64,000 nucleotides of DNA. Origin: Thermoplasmatota archaeon. Lineage in GTDB: Archaea; Thermoplasmatota; Penumbrarchaeia; Penumbrarchaeales; Penumbrarchaeaceae. Below, one piece after another: positions 18,187-28,733 of this stretch. A program made the position numbers and the translations under genes. The stretch is taken from contig JBLIRH010000001.1 of the NCBI GenBank assembly GCA_049472215.1, forward strand, positions 43,308-107,307, given 5' to 3'. Under the pieces are notes generated by a model. That model searched no databases. It saw only the letters and a list, made by a program, of their open reading frames with translations, and had not been told where the DNA came from. Within the stretch, counting starts at the first letter, position 1; each line of letters starts with the position of its first letter.

Positions 18187-20496
18187 GTGGATCCCGGGTC
18201 CCAGGAATACTTCGAGCACCCGCTGGTCCGAAAAGGGACCATATTCAGGAGGGAGTACCAGGTCAAGATAGCAACCCGTGCCCTCGGGCAGCCAACACTT
18301 GTGGTTCTGCCAACGGGACTCGGGAAAACGATCGTCGCTCTGATACTCATCGCAGAAAGATTGGCCCGTGAAGGCGGGCCTGTTCTGATGCTGGCTCCCA
18401 CGAAGCCCCTCGTGGAACAGCACAGGCAGTTCCTCGAGGACCACCTGGAGGGCGTTCCGGTGGCAATGCTGACCGGCGAGGTGCCCCCCTCGAAACGGAA
18501 GGAGTCCTACGGCGGCCACCAGGTCATGGTCTCCACGCCACAGGTGATCAAGAACGATATTATATCAGGTGAACTGGACATATCCCTTTACAAGACCCTT
18601 GTTTTCGATGAAGCCCACAGGGCTGTTGGAGATTATCCCTATGTTTTCATAGCGGAGATGTTCCTGCAGAAGCATCCTTTGGGCACGAGCATGGGTCTCA
18701 CCGCATCCCCTGGACATGATGTGTCCAGGATCTACGAGGTCTGCAAGAACCTCGGTATAGAGAACATCGAGGTCAGGGTCGACTCGGATCCCGATGTCAA
18801 ACCCTATATTCAGGAGATGGAGGTCCAGAGGGTCAAGGTGGAGGTCTCCCAGGGAATGAGGGCCCTCATTTCCATCCTCGACAGGATGTTCATGGACCGT
18901 GCCAGCAGACTGCAGAGGATGGGAGTGATGAGAAAGGGAGCGGTCCCTTCGGTCAAGGAGCTCCTTGGAGCGGGAAGCCGGATCAGGGAGAATATCTCAA
19001 GAGGTGGGTCCGAAAGCGGTCCACTCTATCAGGCGATGTCCATCCAGGCCCAGGCGATGAAGATCGCCCATGCGCTGGAACTTGCCGAGACCCAGGGAGC
19101 AGAAGCGCTGTATCAATATCTCGACCGTCTTTTGAAGGAGACATCGAACGCGAACTGTTCGAAGGCCACAAAGAGCGTGGTTTCCGATGGTCTTTTTAAA
19201 GCTGCGCTGAACAAGGCAGCAGCCCTGAGATTGGAAAGTCCACCCAAGGTCGATGCACTGGAGAGGTTCGTGAAGCAGAAGCTGAGGGAGGACCCGGATG
19301 CCCGGATAATAGCCTTCACCCATTATCGGGACACGGCATCCCTGGTCCTTGAAAGGCTCGAGCAGTACTCCGGTATCGGCATCAGACCGATAAGGTTCGT
19401 GGGACAGGCGAGCCGGGGAGAGGATCAGGGTCTGACGCAGAAGAAGCAGAGGGAGCTCCTTGACGGCTTCAGGAACGGTGACCACAACGTACTTATTGCG
19501 ACCTCCGTCGCCGAGGAAGGACTCGATATTCCCGGGGCTGACCTGGTGATCTTCTACGAGCCGATACCTTCCGAGATCCGGACCATTCAGAGAAGGGGCA
19601 GGACGGGAAGGCATTCCGCCGGGAAGGTGGTGGTCCTCATATCCCGGGAAACGAGGGATGTCGCCTACTCTTTCTCGGCAAGGGACAAGGAGCTCAGGAT
19701 GGAGCGTCAGCTCCTTTCATTGAGAAGGATGCTGAAGACGAAACCTCTTCAGAGAAAAGGATCGTCCGTTGAAGCACCGACCTCAACGATCCCTGCCTCG
19801 ACATCCACTTTGGATGCTTTTTCGGACGAGGCGGTGAAGGTTTCCGAGGGAGAAGGCCTGATCATCGAAGCGGATCAGAGGGAAATGCCCTCGTCCGTTG
19901 TCGAGGAGCTTATACGGGGAGGATTCAAGGTGAGACCTCTTCCTCTAGGTGAAGGGGACTACAGGGTATCGGACAGGGTTGTTGTGGAGAGGAAGACCGC
20001 GCAAGACCTTTCCGACTCGCTTGTTGATGGAAGACTCTTCGAACAGGTGACCCGCCTCAGGGAGAACTTCGACAGACCTCTCATAGTCGTGGAAGGCGAC
20101 GATCCCTTCAACAGGAGGAACATAAAGAAGAATGCGCTTTACGGAGCCCTTGCATCGATCACTGTCGATTACAATGTACCAGTCATTTTCACCACCGGGC
20201 CGGAGCAGACCGCTGAATTTCTCATGGTACTTGCAAGAAGGGAGTCGAAGGAAGGGAAGCGTCCCTCTCCAGCGGCCAGATCCAAGAGAAACGGGACGCA
20301 GGATGCACAGGTCCGTGTCCTGTCCGGGATCCCCGGTATCTCCACAATGCTCGCGGGCAGGCTGATATCACATTTCGGGTCCCTCGAGAAGGTGTTCAAT
20401 GCCGATATGGATGAACTGGTCCAGGTTGAAGGGATTGGAAAAAGAAAAGCGAAGGAGATCCGCTCGCTGCTGTCCCAGGATCGAAGCGACAAATAA
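18187..20496 (+). CDS. hef: Hef helicase/nuclease (FANCM/Mph1-like SF2 helicase plus ERCC4 nuclease and HhH)
   Basis: LPTGLGKT, FDEAHRA, TASPG, QRRGRTGR, ERCC4 GDY...VERKT, HhH VEGIGK. Confidence 0.93.
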   Translation: MDPGSQEYFEHPLVRKGTIFRREYQVKIATRALGQPTLVVLPTGLGKTIVALILIAERLAREGGPVLMLAPTKPLVEQHRQFLEDHLEGVPVAMLTGEVPPSKRKESYGGHQVMVSTPQVIKNDIISGELDISLYKTLVFDEAHRAVGDYPYVFIAEMFLQKHPLGTSMGLTASPGHDVSRIYEVCKNLGIENIEVRVDSDPDVKPYIQEMEVQRVKVEVSQGMRALISILDRMFMDRASRLQRMGVMRKGAVPSVKELLGAGSRIRENISRGGSESGPLYQAMSIQAQAMKIAHALELAETQGAEALYQYLDRLLKETSNANCSKATKSVVSDGLFKAALNKAAALRLESPPKVDALERFVKQKLREDPDARIIAFTHYRDTASLVLERLEQYSGIGIRPIRFVGQASRGEDQGLTQKKQRELLDGFRNGDHNVLIATSVAEEGLDIPGADLVIFYEPIPSEIRTIQRRGRTGRHSAGKVVVLISRETRDVAYSFSARDKELRMERQLLSLRRMLKTKPLQRKGSSVEAPTSTIPASTSTLDAFSDEAVKVSEGEGLIIEADQREMPSSVVEELIRGGFKVRPLPLGEGDYRVSDRVVVERKTAQDLSDSLVDGRLFEQVTRLRENFDRPLIVVEGDDPFNRRNIKKNALYGALASITVDYNVPVIFTTGPEQTAEFLMVLARRESKEGKRPSPAARSKRNGTQDAQVRVLSGIPGISTMLAGRLISHFGSLEKVFNADMDELVQVEGIGKRKAKEIRSLLSQDRSDK

Positions 20497-20555
20497 GAAA
20501 TGGCTCAGCCTATTCGATAGCTTGAAAGGTGCCGGTCCTGAGGGTCGGGCAGGGA

Positions 20556-20819
20556 TCATTCTTCTGTTTCTTCGTGCTCGACGACCTCGTAGTCAGGGTT
20601 GGTGACATTGAGGTCCTTCCTGTCCCACATCGGTGTACCGGACTTCTCCCAGTGAGGTTTCTGTGTGTTGTCGAAGAGCTTGTCGGGCGTCTTCTCCTTG
20701 ACCTCCCCCGGTGCTACCATGAAGGATACAACCTCATCGGTCCCGAAGGTCATGTCCCTTTCAGGCTCCTTTTTCACGGGCTTAGGAGCTATCATGAATG
20801 GATTTTCGTCTTCTGGCAT
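20556..20819 (-). CDS. Small acidic hypothetical protein
   Basis: 87-aa ORF filling an intergenic gap, with AT-rich upstream region and an internal FMxAP repeat. Confidence 0.6.
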   Translation of the reverse strand: MPEDENPFMIAPKPVKKEPERDMTFGTDEVVSFMVAPGEVKEKTPDKLFDNTQKPHWEKSGTPMWDRKDLNVTNPDYEVVEHEETEE

Positions 20820-21037
20820 GCTATTTCCCGTAATGTGAATGGTTTTAATGGATATTTAACTTGCACCTTGATATTTAAAAATGCAATGCCAGCAGAATAC
20901 ATTCTTTAGATATTTTCTCATTAAAGTGACCCTTGAAAGCCATTATTCACAGTTATATTGCCATTTGTCGCTGCTCAATGGGACATGGTCTTGTTGATGG
21001 ACTGCCCCTGGAGCATATATCGAAAGAAGTCTTGTGT

Positions 21038-21439
21038 CTATGATTCAGAAGAAAAATCAAGAGATAATGAATTCACGCAGTATCTCAATCCTGTTGGGGG
21101 CGGACCGTCATCGAAAACATGTCCGAGGTGACCCCCGCATCTGGCGCACATTATCTCGGTCCTTGCCATTCCAAAGGAGACGTCGGTCTCGGTCTTGATG
21201 TTATCATTGTCCACAACATCGGAAAAACTTGGCCAACCGGAACCGGAATTGAACTTGGAATCCGATCTGAACAGTTCGAGTCCGCATCCGGCGCAGTGAT
21301 AGGTCCCTCTCTCTTTGTTGTGAAGAAGCTCGCCTGTAAATGGTCTTTCAGTACCCTTTTTCCTGAGAACGTTGAACCTGTCCGGGGACAATCTAGCTTT
21401 CCATTCCTCCTCTGAAAGCTTCAACTCGGTTCCGGTCAT
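21038..21439 (-). CDS. msrB: Peptide-methionine (R)-S-oxide reductase
   Basis: GTERPFTG, CAGC, SGSGWPSF, CARCGGHLGHVFDDGP, RYCVNS. Confidence 0.96.
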   Translation of the reverse strand: MTGTELKLSEEEWKARLSPDRFNVLRKKGTERPFTGELLHNKERGTYHCAGCGLELFRSDSKFNSGSGWPSFSDVVDNDNIKTETDVSFGMARTEIMCARCGGHLGHVFDDGPPPTGLRYCVNSLSLDFSSES

Positions 21440-21550
21440 GGAAATTGATAGGGCCATTGTCCAATAAACCTTTACCCTACATGTTGAACTGCTCGCCCTC
21501 AGAAGATTATATCCTGTTTGTTATCATTCATGGTGACGGGGAAGTTTGAC

Positions 21551-22561
21551 ATGCAGACCGTCTATATTGTGATATTCCTGCTCGTTTTCATAGTCGTCCT
21601 GATCTTCCTTAGTGGTTGGTTCTCGGGAACCGAGACGGCCCTCACAAATATCGGACCTTCCACCGTGGCATCGATGAAGCGCGAGGGTGACAGGAATGTG
21701 AAATATGTCATCAAGTTGAAAAGAAGAATGGACAGAACCCTCATTACGATCCTGATCGGCAACAATATCGTCAATATCGTTCTATCCTCGGTGGCGGCCC
21801 TAGTCGCAAATGAACTCTTCGCCGAGATAGGTGTCACCATCATGGTCGGTGTCATTACATTCCTCGTCATACTCTTTGGAGAGATAACGCCGAAGAACAA
21901 CGCCATCTTCAATTCCCGCAAGAAAGCCAGGCGAAGTTCAAGGGCGATCTACTACCTGTCGGTCATCTTGACCCCGGTGATCCAGGTTTTCATATTCCTT
22001 TCAAGCGCATTGATCAGGCTCATGGGCGGTTCGACGGAAGAAGCAAGGCTTTTCACGTCGGATGAGGAGATCAAAGGTATCGCAACCCTTTCGGAGGAGG
22101 AAGGTGTGATCAAACCCATTGAGCGTGAGATAATCCACCAGGTGTTCACGTTCGGCGACCGAAAGATATCCGATGTCATGGTCCCTATGAATAAGGCATT
22201 CACCATGAAGAGTGACATGAAGATAGTAAAGGCCAGAAAGAAGCTGTACAATTCCGGTTTTACCCGTGTTCCTTTCTTGAACAGCAAGGGAAAGGTCATA
22301 GGGATCATCAACAGCAAGGATACACTGGGAGCCCGTTTTGGAGGGATCAAGGGTCTTCTGAGGAAACCGTTTGTCGTGAATGAAAATGATGATGTCACGG
22401 ATGTTTTCACAAGAATGAAGAACGGGCACATACACATGGCAATAGTCAAGGACAATAATGAGGACCATGTTGGGATCGTGACCCTTGAGGACCTGATCGA
22501 GGAACTGGTGGGCGAGATCTATGATGAGTTCTTCGATATGAAGAGGTCTCCCAATGAATGA
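21551..22561 (+). CDS. CNNM (DUF21)-CBS domain protein (CorB/hemolysin family)
   Basis: SGWFSGTETA, ILIGNNIVN, FGEITPK, CBS pair, GIVTLEDLIEELVGEIYDE. Confidence 0.92.
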   Translation: MQTVYIVIFLLVFIVVLIFLSGWFSGTETALTNIGPSTVASMKREGDRNVKYVIKLKRRMDRTLITILIGNNIVNIVLSSVAALVANELFAEIGVTIMVGVITFLVILFGEITPKNNAIFNSRKKARRSSRAIYYLSVILTPVIQVFIFLSSALIRLMGGSTEEARLFTSDEEIKGIATLSEEEGVIKPIEREIIHQVFTFGDRKISDVMVPMNKAFTMKSDMKIVKARKKLYNSGFTRVPFLNSKGKVIGIINSKDTLGARFGGIKGLLRKPFVVNENDDVTDVFTRMKNGHIHMAIVKDNNEDHVGIVTLEDLIEELVGEIYDEFFDMKRSPNE

Positions 22562-22630
22562 CCTACATGATATGACAGGGTCAGATTCGCTAAATTGAAA
22601 TAATCAAAAGGGACATTCAGCGGTGATATC

Positions 22631-23575
22631 ATGGATGGTTTCTGGAAGAAGGTAATGATCGTTTCAGGTCTTGTGCTTTTAACCATCATCCTTGCGGTCG
22701 TGGACCTCCAGTTCGAATTCAAATATTCACAAAAGGTCTTTCTCACATCAGTAGCCGTTACTTTTCTCTATCTTGTACTCAAGTTCCTTGTCGAAGAACT
22801 GTTGGTAGGCAAGCTCAAGGATTACAAAACCCGCTACACCGTGAAAAAGGCCACATCGGTCCTATTTCTTCTCCTGGTATTGGTTTTCGTTATCGGTATT
22901 TGGATCGAGAACACGCAAGCAATCCTCGTTGCTTACGGACTGATCGCTGCCGGGATCGCCATTTCACTTCAGGACCTCTTCAAGGGATTCACGGGCGGTA
23001 TCCTCATTCTGATGAACAATCTCTATCGGGTGGGAGACAGGATCAATGTCGGCAATGTTTACGGAGACGTGATGGACATCGGGATCCTTTATACCACTTT
23101 GATGGAAACACGGGGTTGGGTCAAGGGAGACCAGGCCACAGGTAGGATAATTTCCATGCCCAATTCGACTGTATTGACCACAAGTGTCAATAACTACACG
23201 AAGGACCATAATTTCCTCTGGGAGGAGATCAATGTTCCGGTTACCTTCGATAGCAACTGGGAAGCCCTGATCCCCCCCTTCCTGGAGTTGGTCAGGGAAT
23301 ATACTAAGGACCTGACAAAACTCGCCTCGAAAGAAGTGGAAAACATGGGAGAGAAGTATTACCTTCCAAAAAGGGACGTCGAATCGGCGGTCTTTATCAG
23401 CTTCGATGATAATTGGATCAACATCAGCGTGAGATATGTCACTGAGGCCAGGAAACGAAGGGTCCATGCCGACAATCTCTACAGGATGTTGTTGAAGGAA
23501 GCCCTGAAACACAAAGATGTCAAGATATCACAATCCCAGCTGGAATCCTGGAGGTATGGTGAAGGTCCGTCCTGA
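22631..23575 (+). CDS. mscS: Small-conductance mechanosensitive channel
   Basis: TM helices, AISLQDLFKGFTGG, YRVGDRI, IISMPNS, NYT. Confidence 0.9.
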   Translation: MDGFWKKVMIVSGLVLLTIILAVVDLQFEFKYSQKVFLTSVAVTFLYLVLKFLVEELLVGKLKDYKTRYTVKKATSVLFLLLVLVFVIGIWIENTQAILVAYGLIAAGIAISLQDLFKGFTGGILILMNNLYRVGDRINVGNVYGDVMDIGILYTTLMETRGWVKGDQATGRIISMPNSTVLTTSVNNYTKDHNFLWEEINVPVTFDSNWEALIPPFLELVREYTKDLTKLASKEVENMGEKYYLPKRDVESAVFISFDDNWINISVRYVTEARKRRVHADNLYRMLLKEALKHKDVKISQSQLESWRYGEGPS

Positions 23576-23621
23576 ACATGTGAGCCGACACCGATATTGA
23601 GGACAGGCAATATTCCCCTCC

Positions 23622-24311
23622 ATGGTCGTCATGGAATATGATGAAGTGGTCCGACGTCTAGAGGAAATGGGCGATGAGAGAGCGAGGAAGGTCTGGGCTC
23701 GGCTTGGGATGGATACGAAGAACTACTTCGGTGTGAACCTGACCAAGTTGAAGAAGTTCGCAAAAGAGGTCGGGAAGGCCCACGAGCTCGCATCAAAGCT
23801 TTGGGCTTCGGGGATACATGATGCCCAGCTGCTTGCCTGCTACATCGAGGAACCGAAGAAGGTCACAAAGGAGCAGATCGATTCCTGGATCGAGGATGTG
23901 GACTTCATGGATCTCTCGGACAAGTTCGCGACCGAGGTCGTCTGGAAAACACCATTCGCCAAGGAGAAGATGAAGGCATGGACGGTCCACGAGAAGGAGT
24001 ATCATAAGAGAGCAGGGTATGTACTCCTGGGGAAGTTCGCACAAAAAGGAAAGGATGACGAGATCTCCGAGGAAGAGCTCCTGGGATATCTGGACCGGAT
24101 AGAAAAGGAGCTCCAGGGGGAGCGCAACTGGGTCCGGGAGGTCATGAACTACGCACTCATACATATCGGATCAAGGAGCCCGAAACTGAATGAGCGCGGG
24201 ATAGAAATCGCAAAGAGGATCGGAAAGGTCGAAATTGACTGGGGGGAGGCTGACTGCAAGGTCCCGGATGCGGTCGAGGATCTGACAAATATCAAGTTGA
24301 AGCTCATCTGA
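23622..24311 (+). CDS. DNA alkylation repair protein (AlkD-like HEAT-repeat glycosylase)
   Basis: FGV..TKLKK, HELASKLW, DAQLLA, WVREVMNYALIHIG, CKVPDA. Confidence 0.82.
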   Translation: MVVMEYDEVVRRLEEMGDERARKVWARLGMDTKNYFGVNLTKLKKFAKEVGKAHELASKLWASGIHDAQLLACYIEEPKKVTKEQIDSWIEDVDFMDLSDKFATEVVWKTPFAKEKMKAWTVHEKEYHKRAGYVLLGKFAQKGKDDEISEEELLGYLDRIEKELQGERNWVREVMNYALIHIGSRSPKLNERGIEIAKRIGKVEIDWGEADCKVPDAVEDLTNIKLKLI

Positions 24312-24359
24312 ACCGGTAAATCTAATAAGTGTGGTCCCCCAATCCTCCGTATCAACACA

Positions 24360-27300
24360 ATGATTACGGGGAGAGAAATAATGAAGGGAGCCCTTTCCTT
24401 TATCCTGGTGATCGTCCTGTTATTTTCATCTACATTCCTTTTTCTTATACTGCAGGAAGCCGATCCGAATGGAATGATGGTGAGCTCCTCCTCATACCTT
24501 TCCGGGCTCTCGGGTCCTATCCACATCTATGATGATGATAGTTTCATCTCCCAAGCAGAATCGAACAACTGGACCGGAAATGGAAGGAATGAGCCGTTCA
24601 TCATCAGGGATCTCGAAATTGACTGCCATGGCGGTGAATATGGAATAAAAATTGACGGAACATCATTCAGTTTCATCATCCAAAACTGCAGGATCTCCAA
24701 TGCCTCCGGCCTATTGGGTGCCGGAATCTACGTTGGGCGATGGATCGGGGGCGCTTTGATCGATAGCTGCAACATCACGTCATGTCCAAACGGGATTTAT
24801 CTAGAAGCAACAACGCTCGACCTGAGGAACAACAGTATCAGCAGGAATGCTGTTGGAATTCATGTATATCTTGGTTACGACATAGAGATAGTCGGAAATC
24901 ACTGCTTTGAAAATGAAAAGGGAATATACATCTCAGAAAGTTCAGGTATCATCAGAGTGGATTCCAATTACCTGATGAACAATACCGAATGCGGCCTGGA
25001 AACCGCGGATTTTGGAGAACCGGTCATTGTCACAAACAACACGGTCGAGAACAATGACTTCGGTTTGCTGATCTCGGATTCCCCTTATTCGAGGATAGTT
25101 GGGAACCGTCTTTCGAACCAGGACGATCACCACATAAGGATAGAAAGCGATAATGTCGTCGTTGAGGGTAATATCGCAAACGGGCACGGCGATGGTCTGT
25201 ACCTCACGGGAAATTCACATGATGTTACCGTGATCAATAATAGCTTGATCGGTAACTGGGAGTATGGCATTTATATCGACAAAGGATGTTATGATAATAA
25301 TTTTTACAGCAATGAAATGGTGAACTGTTCCTTCTATCTTGAGCCGGATATCGATGTAATAAGGGGGCAAAAAATTTCCGAGAACAATACGGTGAATCAT
25401 AGAAGGGTCGTTCACCTCTTTGATAGAACATACAGGTCCGCGGTTCCGCCCTATGAATATGGTCTGAACCTGTCAAAGGACATAGGACAGATCATCCTTG
25501 GTAAGGTGGACGGGGTCTGCATTTTCGACTGCAATCTCAGCAATGGAACGGTAGGTCTCGAGCTCGTCGAGTGCAACAACATCTTCACCTGGAACAATAC
25601 GATGTCCGATAACACCTATTACGGCCTCTTTACCAGGAACAACGGCCTCATATATGTCAACCGATCCCGGTTCGAACGGAATTTGGTTGGAATGGAGGTT
25701 GAATCCATAGAATTCAAAACAAATAACAGCATCATATGCAACAATACGGAAGGCATCCATCTGATAGGTGAGAAGATCGGTCATGAGGTTGAGAAGAACA
25801 GTATTTTCGGGAACTCGATCGGGATCAAGATAGATCCTTGGCCGGTTACCTCCTCCATCCCATATGTGATCCGCGACAACAATATATCCCACAATATTGA
25901 AACAGGCCTTTATATAGGATCGTACGTGTGTGAGGTCAAGAATAACTTGTTGATGGACAATCCTACTGGACTCTTTTTTGAATATACCGAATACGCAATA
26001 AATGAGGACAACACCTTCATCGGGAACGGTGTGGGGGTTCGATCGAAAAATTCCGGATTGATCTCCGGGGGAAATTCCTTCATTGGTTGTGGTGTCGGTA
26101 TCGAGGTCGGCCCATCCGGTTCATTTGAGAGCCTCCTTTCATACAATTACTTTCGTAATAGCACTAACAACGGTATCCTATTGAATGAAGCCAGTGATGT
26201 ATTGGTCGGGGGCAACATATTCGACGGATCCGATTCTTACGGGATCGAGGTCTATCGCAGCGAAAATATCACCCTCAGAACGAATTCTTTCAATCGATGT
26301 TCACTCCACATCACGGGGACCGATCCATCCCATTTCACAGATATCAAGGTCGAAGAGGAGAACACGGTAAATTCTAAACCTTTGGTCATGATCGTGTCCC
26401 AGTCGGGTTCTGGTTTGCCGGTGAACGATCCGGGCCAGGTCTTGATAATAGGTTCCAGCAATATCAGTGTCACCGGGAAGAGCTTCGATAACATTACCTG
26501 TTCTATCCTCTCTGCATTTTGTCAGGATATCAGGGTCCAGGATTGCTGGTTCGAGGACCAGTATTGTCCGATCGAGGTCTTTGAATGTTCAGATATCGTG
26601 GTCGATTCGAGCCATTTCATGAACATCGAGTTTGGAATACGATGTATCTCATCGGATAAATTGACCATAAAGGACTCCGATCTCAGCGGGATCGATACTC
26701 AGGGTCTCGATCTGAGGGATACCTCATTGATCGAAATATTTGATTGTTCTTTTGAGAACGGTAGCGGAACCGGAATGGCACTTCAGGATTGCCACTATGT
26801 GGAGATCACAAAGAACGTCATCACGAAGATGGAACAGGGCATTCGATTGATGGGGGGAACCACCGGAACCGATATTTCGAATAATCTGATAGGTTGGAAC
26901 ACCGGATACGGTTTGGTGGTTGTGAAAGGTTCCAGATACAATACGATCCATTGGAATGCATTCTTGTTCAATAATCAGACATCCTTTGATCCTTTGAGAT
27001 CCAAAGGCGACCCCCAGATCTTGAACGACGATGCAACAACGGAGATAGAATGGAACCATTGGAACACTTATGGGAGGTCCTCAAAGGACAACAATGAGGA
27101 TGGGGTGTTCGACGATCCGTACTGGGTCGGCCCTCGTGTTTACAATATGGACAACAATCCACTCGTTCATCCGCCCGAGGCCATTCTACCGATACCAAAG
27201 GATATCCATGGTTATCTGACCAAGACCCTCGAAGCCAGTAATATCACTCTATACTTTAATTTGAACAAAGGGATCAAGAGAGCCCAGGTTTTGAACATCA

Positions 27301-28667
27301 CGGTAAACATTTCTGTTGGTGACCAAAGGCGGTCATACCAGATTCCCTTCAAGGAGGATGGCATCCATCACATTTCCTTTAAGGCACCTTCAGACGGGGG
27401 AGATGTTGAGTTCGAGCTAAGAACACAGAGTCTAGCCGGTTCCAGCAGGATCGTGAAATACATTTTCCCCGAGGATCGGACGCCCCCCCATATCAAGATC
27501 CTTTCACCGAGAAACGGTTCCGTCCTTAACTCGTCGTTGGTAAGGATCCGGTGGGAGGCATTTTCCAAGGTCGGAGGGGGCCTATTTGAACTGTACCTAT
27601 CCCAAAACGGTGAAGAATCTTTGGACCTGGATCCTATGAGCATGGACCAAAATCACTCCATTGTCGCAAACGAAGGAGCGAATACAATAAAGATCAGCGC
27701 AATGGACCATTTTGGCAATACGGCATCCGATACGATCGAGTTCATATTGGATACCCTTCCACCATCGTTTTCCATTGAAGGCGGCGGACCCACGATGAAC
27801 CCTGTTAAGATACAGTGGGAGTTCCACAATATCGAGAACGAGACGCTCAGGATGTGGTGGCGTCAAATAGGCTTTGAGTGGACCGAGATCGATCCGTTCA
27901 GCTTGCTTCTGGAACTTGACCTGCCCGATGGAGGCCAGATAATTAAACTGATGACAAGGGACCTCGCGGGTAATGTTTTCGCAACAAGAGTTGACCTTGT
28001 TGTCGATGCCACTCCACCCCAGGTATTGGCATGGGGGCCCTCGGTGACGGAATGGGAGCCCAATGATAAGATCTGGATAAAGTTCTCTGAGAAAATGGAC
28101 GTAAATTCGATCGATATCGTCATCCCGGGAATGGAATTCTCGTTCGAAGCTGTCGCTGACGATGAAGTACGTATCTCTCCCCTCATGGTCCTCGAGCGTG
28201 GGATGGAGTTCAACATCACCGTAAATGGAATGGACCTCGCGGGAAACACCATGCTGCCCTTTACCTTCATATTCTCCGCGGGAGAGGGTCCGGTCGACCA
28301 ACTACTTGGAACCTTGATCATCCTCATTACGAACAGGGAGGGGGATCCATTATATGGAGCCAAGGTCACGGTCTTTCCGTTGAACCGGGTTTTTGAACAG
28401 CAATATGGAGACACAATAGAGGTCGACCTACAACCCGGTGAATACGAGCTTCAGGCGGAAGCCGAGGGTTACCGGGCCAGTGTGATCACCGTGACGATCG
28501 TCGCTGGAACAACCGTTTCCGAAGTGGTCGTCCTTGAGAAGGAGGAGGAAAGCGGCCAGAGCTTCGTTCCTGTTCTCATTTTGATCATGACATTCGCAGT
28601 GGTCCTGTTGGTCTTCCTTCTATTGATAATATACCTTCGAAGTGAAAAAGAGTATCAAGAGGAATGA
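24360..28667 (+). CDS. Large surface protein: NosD/parallel beta-helix repeats, Ig-like domains, C-terminal TM
   Basis: Many NxxGIxL/NNxIxxN beta-helix repeats; DxTPP Ig linkers; carboxypeptidase-regulatory-like domain; TM anchor. Confidence 0.85.
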   Translation: MITGREIMKGALSFILVIVLLFSSTFLFLILQEADPNGMMVSSSSYLSGLSGPIHIYDDDSFISQAESNNWTGNGRNEPFIIRDLEIDCHGGEYGIKIDGTSFSFIIQNCRISNASGLLGAGIYVGRWIGGALIDSCNITSCPNGIYLEATTLDLRNNSISRNAVGIHVYLGYDIEIVGNHCFENEKGIYISESSGIIRVDSNYLMNNTECGLETADFGEPVIVTNNTVENNDFGLLISDSPYSRIVGNRLSNQDDHHIRIESDNVVVEGNIANGHGDGLYLTGNSHDVTVINNSLIGNWEYGIYIDKGCYDNNFYSNEMVNCSFYLEPDIDVIRGQKISENNTVNHRRVVHLFDRTYRSAVPPYEYGLNLSKDIGQIILGKVDGVCIFDCNLSNGTVGLELVECNNIFTWNNTMSDNTYYGLFTRNNGLIYVNRSRFERNLVGMEVESIEFKTNNSIICNNTEGIHLIGEKIGHEVEKNSIFGNSIGIKIDPWPVTSSIPYVIRDNNISHNIETGLYIGSYVCEVKNNLLMDNPTGLFFEYTEYAINEDNTFIGNGVGVRSKNSGLISGGNSFIGCGVGIEVGPSGSFESLLSYNYFRNSTNNGILLNEASDVLVGGNIFDGSDSYGIEVYRSENITLRTNSFNRCSLHITGTDPSHFTDIKVEEENTVNSKPLVMIVSQSGSGLPVNDPGQVLIIGSSNISVTGKSFDNITCSILSAFCQDIRVQDCWFEDQYCPIEVFECSDIVVDSSHFMNIEFGIRCISSDKLTIKDSDLSGIDTQGLDLRDTSLIEIFDCSFENGSGTGMALQDCHYVEITKNVITKMEQGIRLMGGTTGTDISNNLIGWNTGYGLVVVKGSRYNTIHWNAFLFNNQTSFDPLRSKGDPQILNDDATTEIEWNHWNTYGRSSKDNNEDGVFDDPYWVGPRVYNMDNNPLVHPPEAILPIPKDIHGYLTKTLEASNITLYFNLNKGIKRAQVLNITVNISVGDQRRSYQIPFKEDGIHHISFKAPSDGGDVEFELRTQSLAGSSRIVKYIFPEDRTPPHIKILSPRNGSVLNSSLVRIRWEAFSKVGGGLFELYLSQNGEESLDLDPMSMDQNHSIVANEGANTIKISAMDHFGNTASDTIEFILDTLPPSFSIEGGGPTMNPVKIQWEFHNIENETLRMWWRQIGFEWTEIDPFSLLLELDLPDGGQIIKLMTRDLAGNVFATRVDLVVDATPPQVLAWGPSVTEWEPNDKIWIKFSEKMDVNSIDIVIPGMEFSFEAVADDEVRISPLMVLERGMEFNITVNGMDLAGNTMLPFTFIFSAGEGPVDQLLGTLIILITNREGDPLYGAKVTVFPLNRVFEQQYGDTIEVDLQPGEYELQAEAEGYRASVITVTIVAGTTVSEVVVLEKEEESGQSFVPVLILIMTFAVVLLVFLLLIIYLRSEKEYQEE

Positions 28668-28733
28668 TCCCCTAAGATGAAAGCTTTATAATCGTGAAGA
28701 ATCTAAGCGCCCCCGCTTCGAGGAGGTTGGAAA

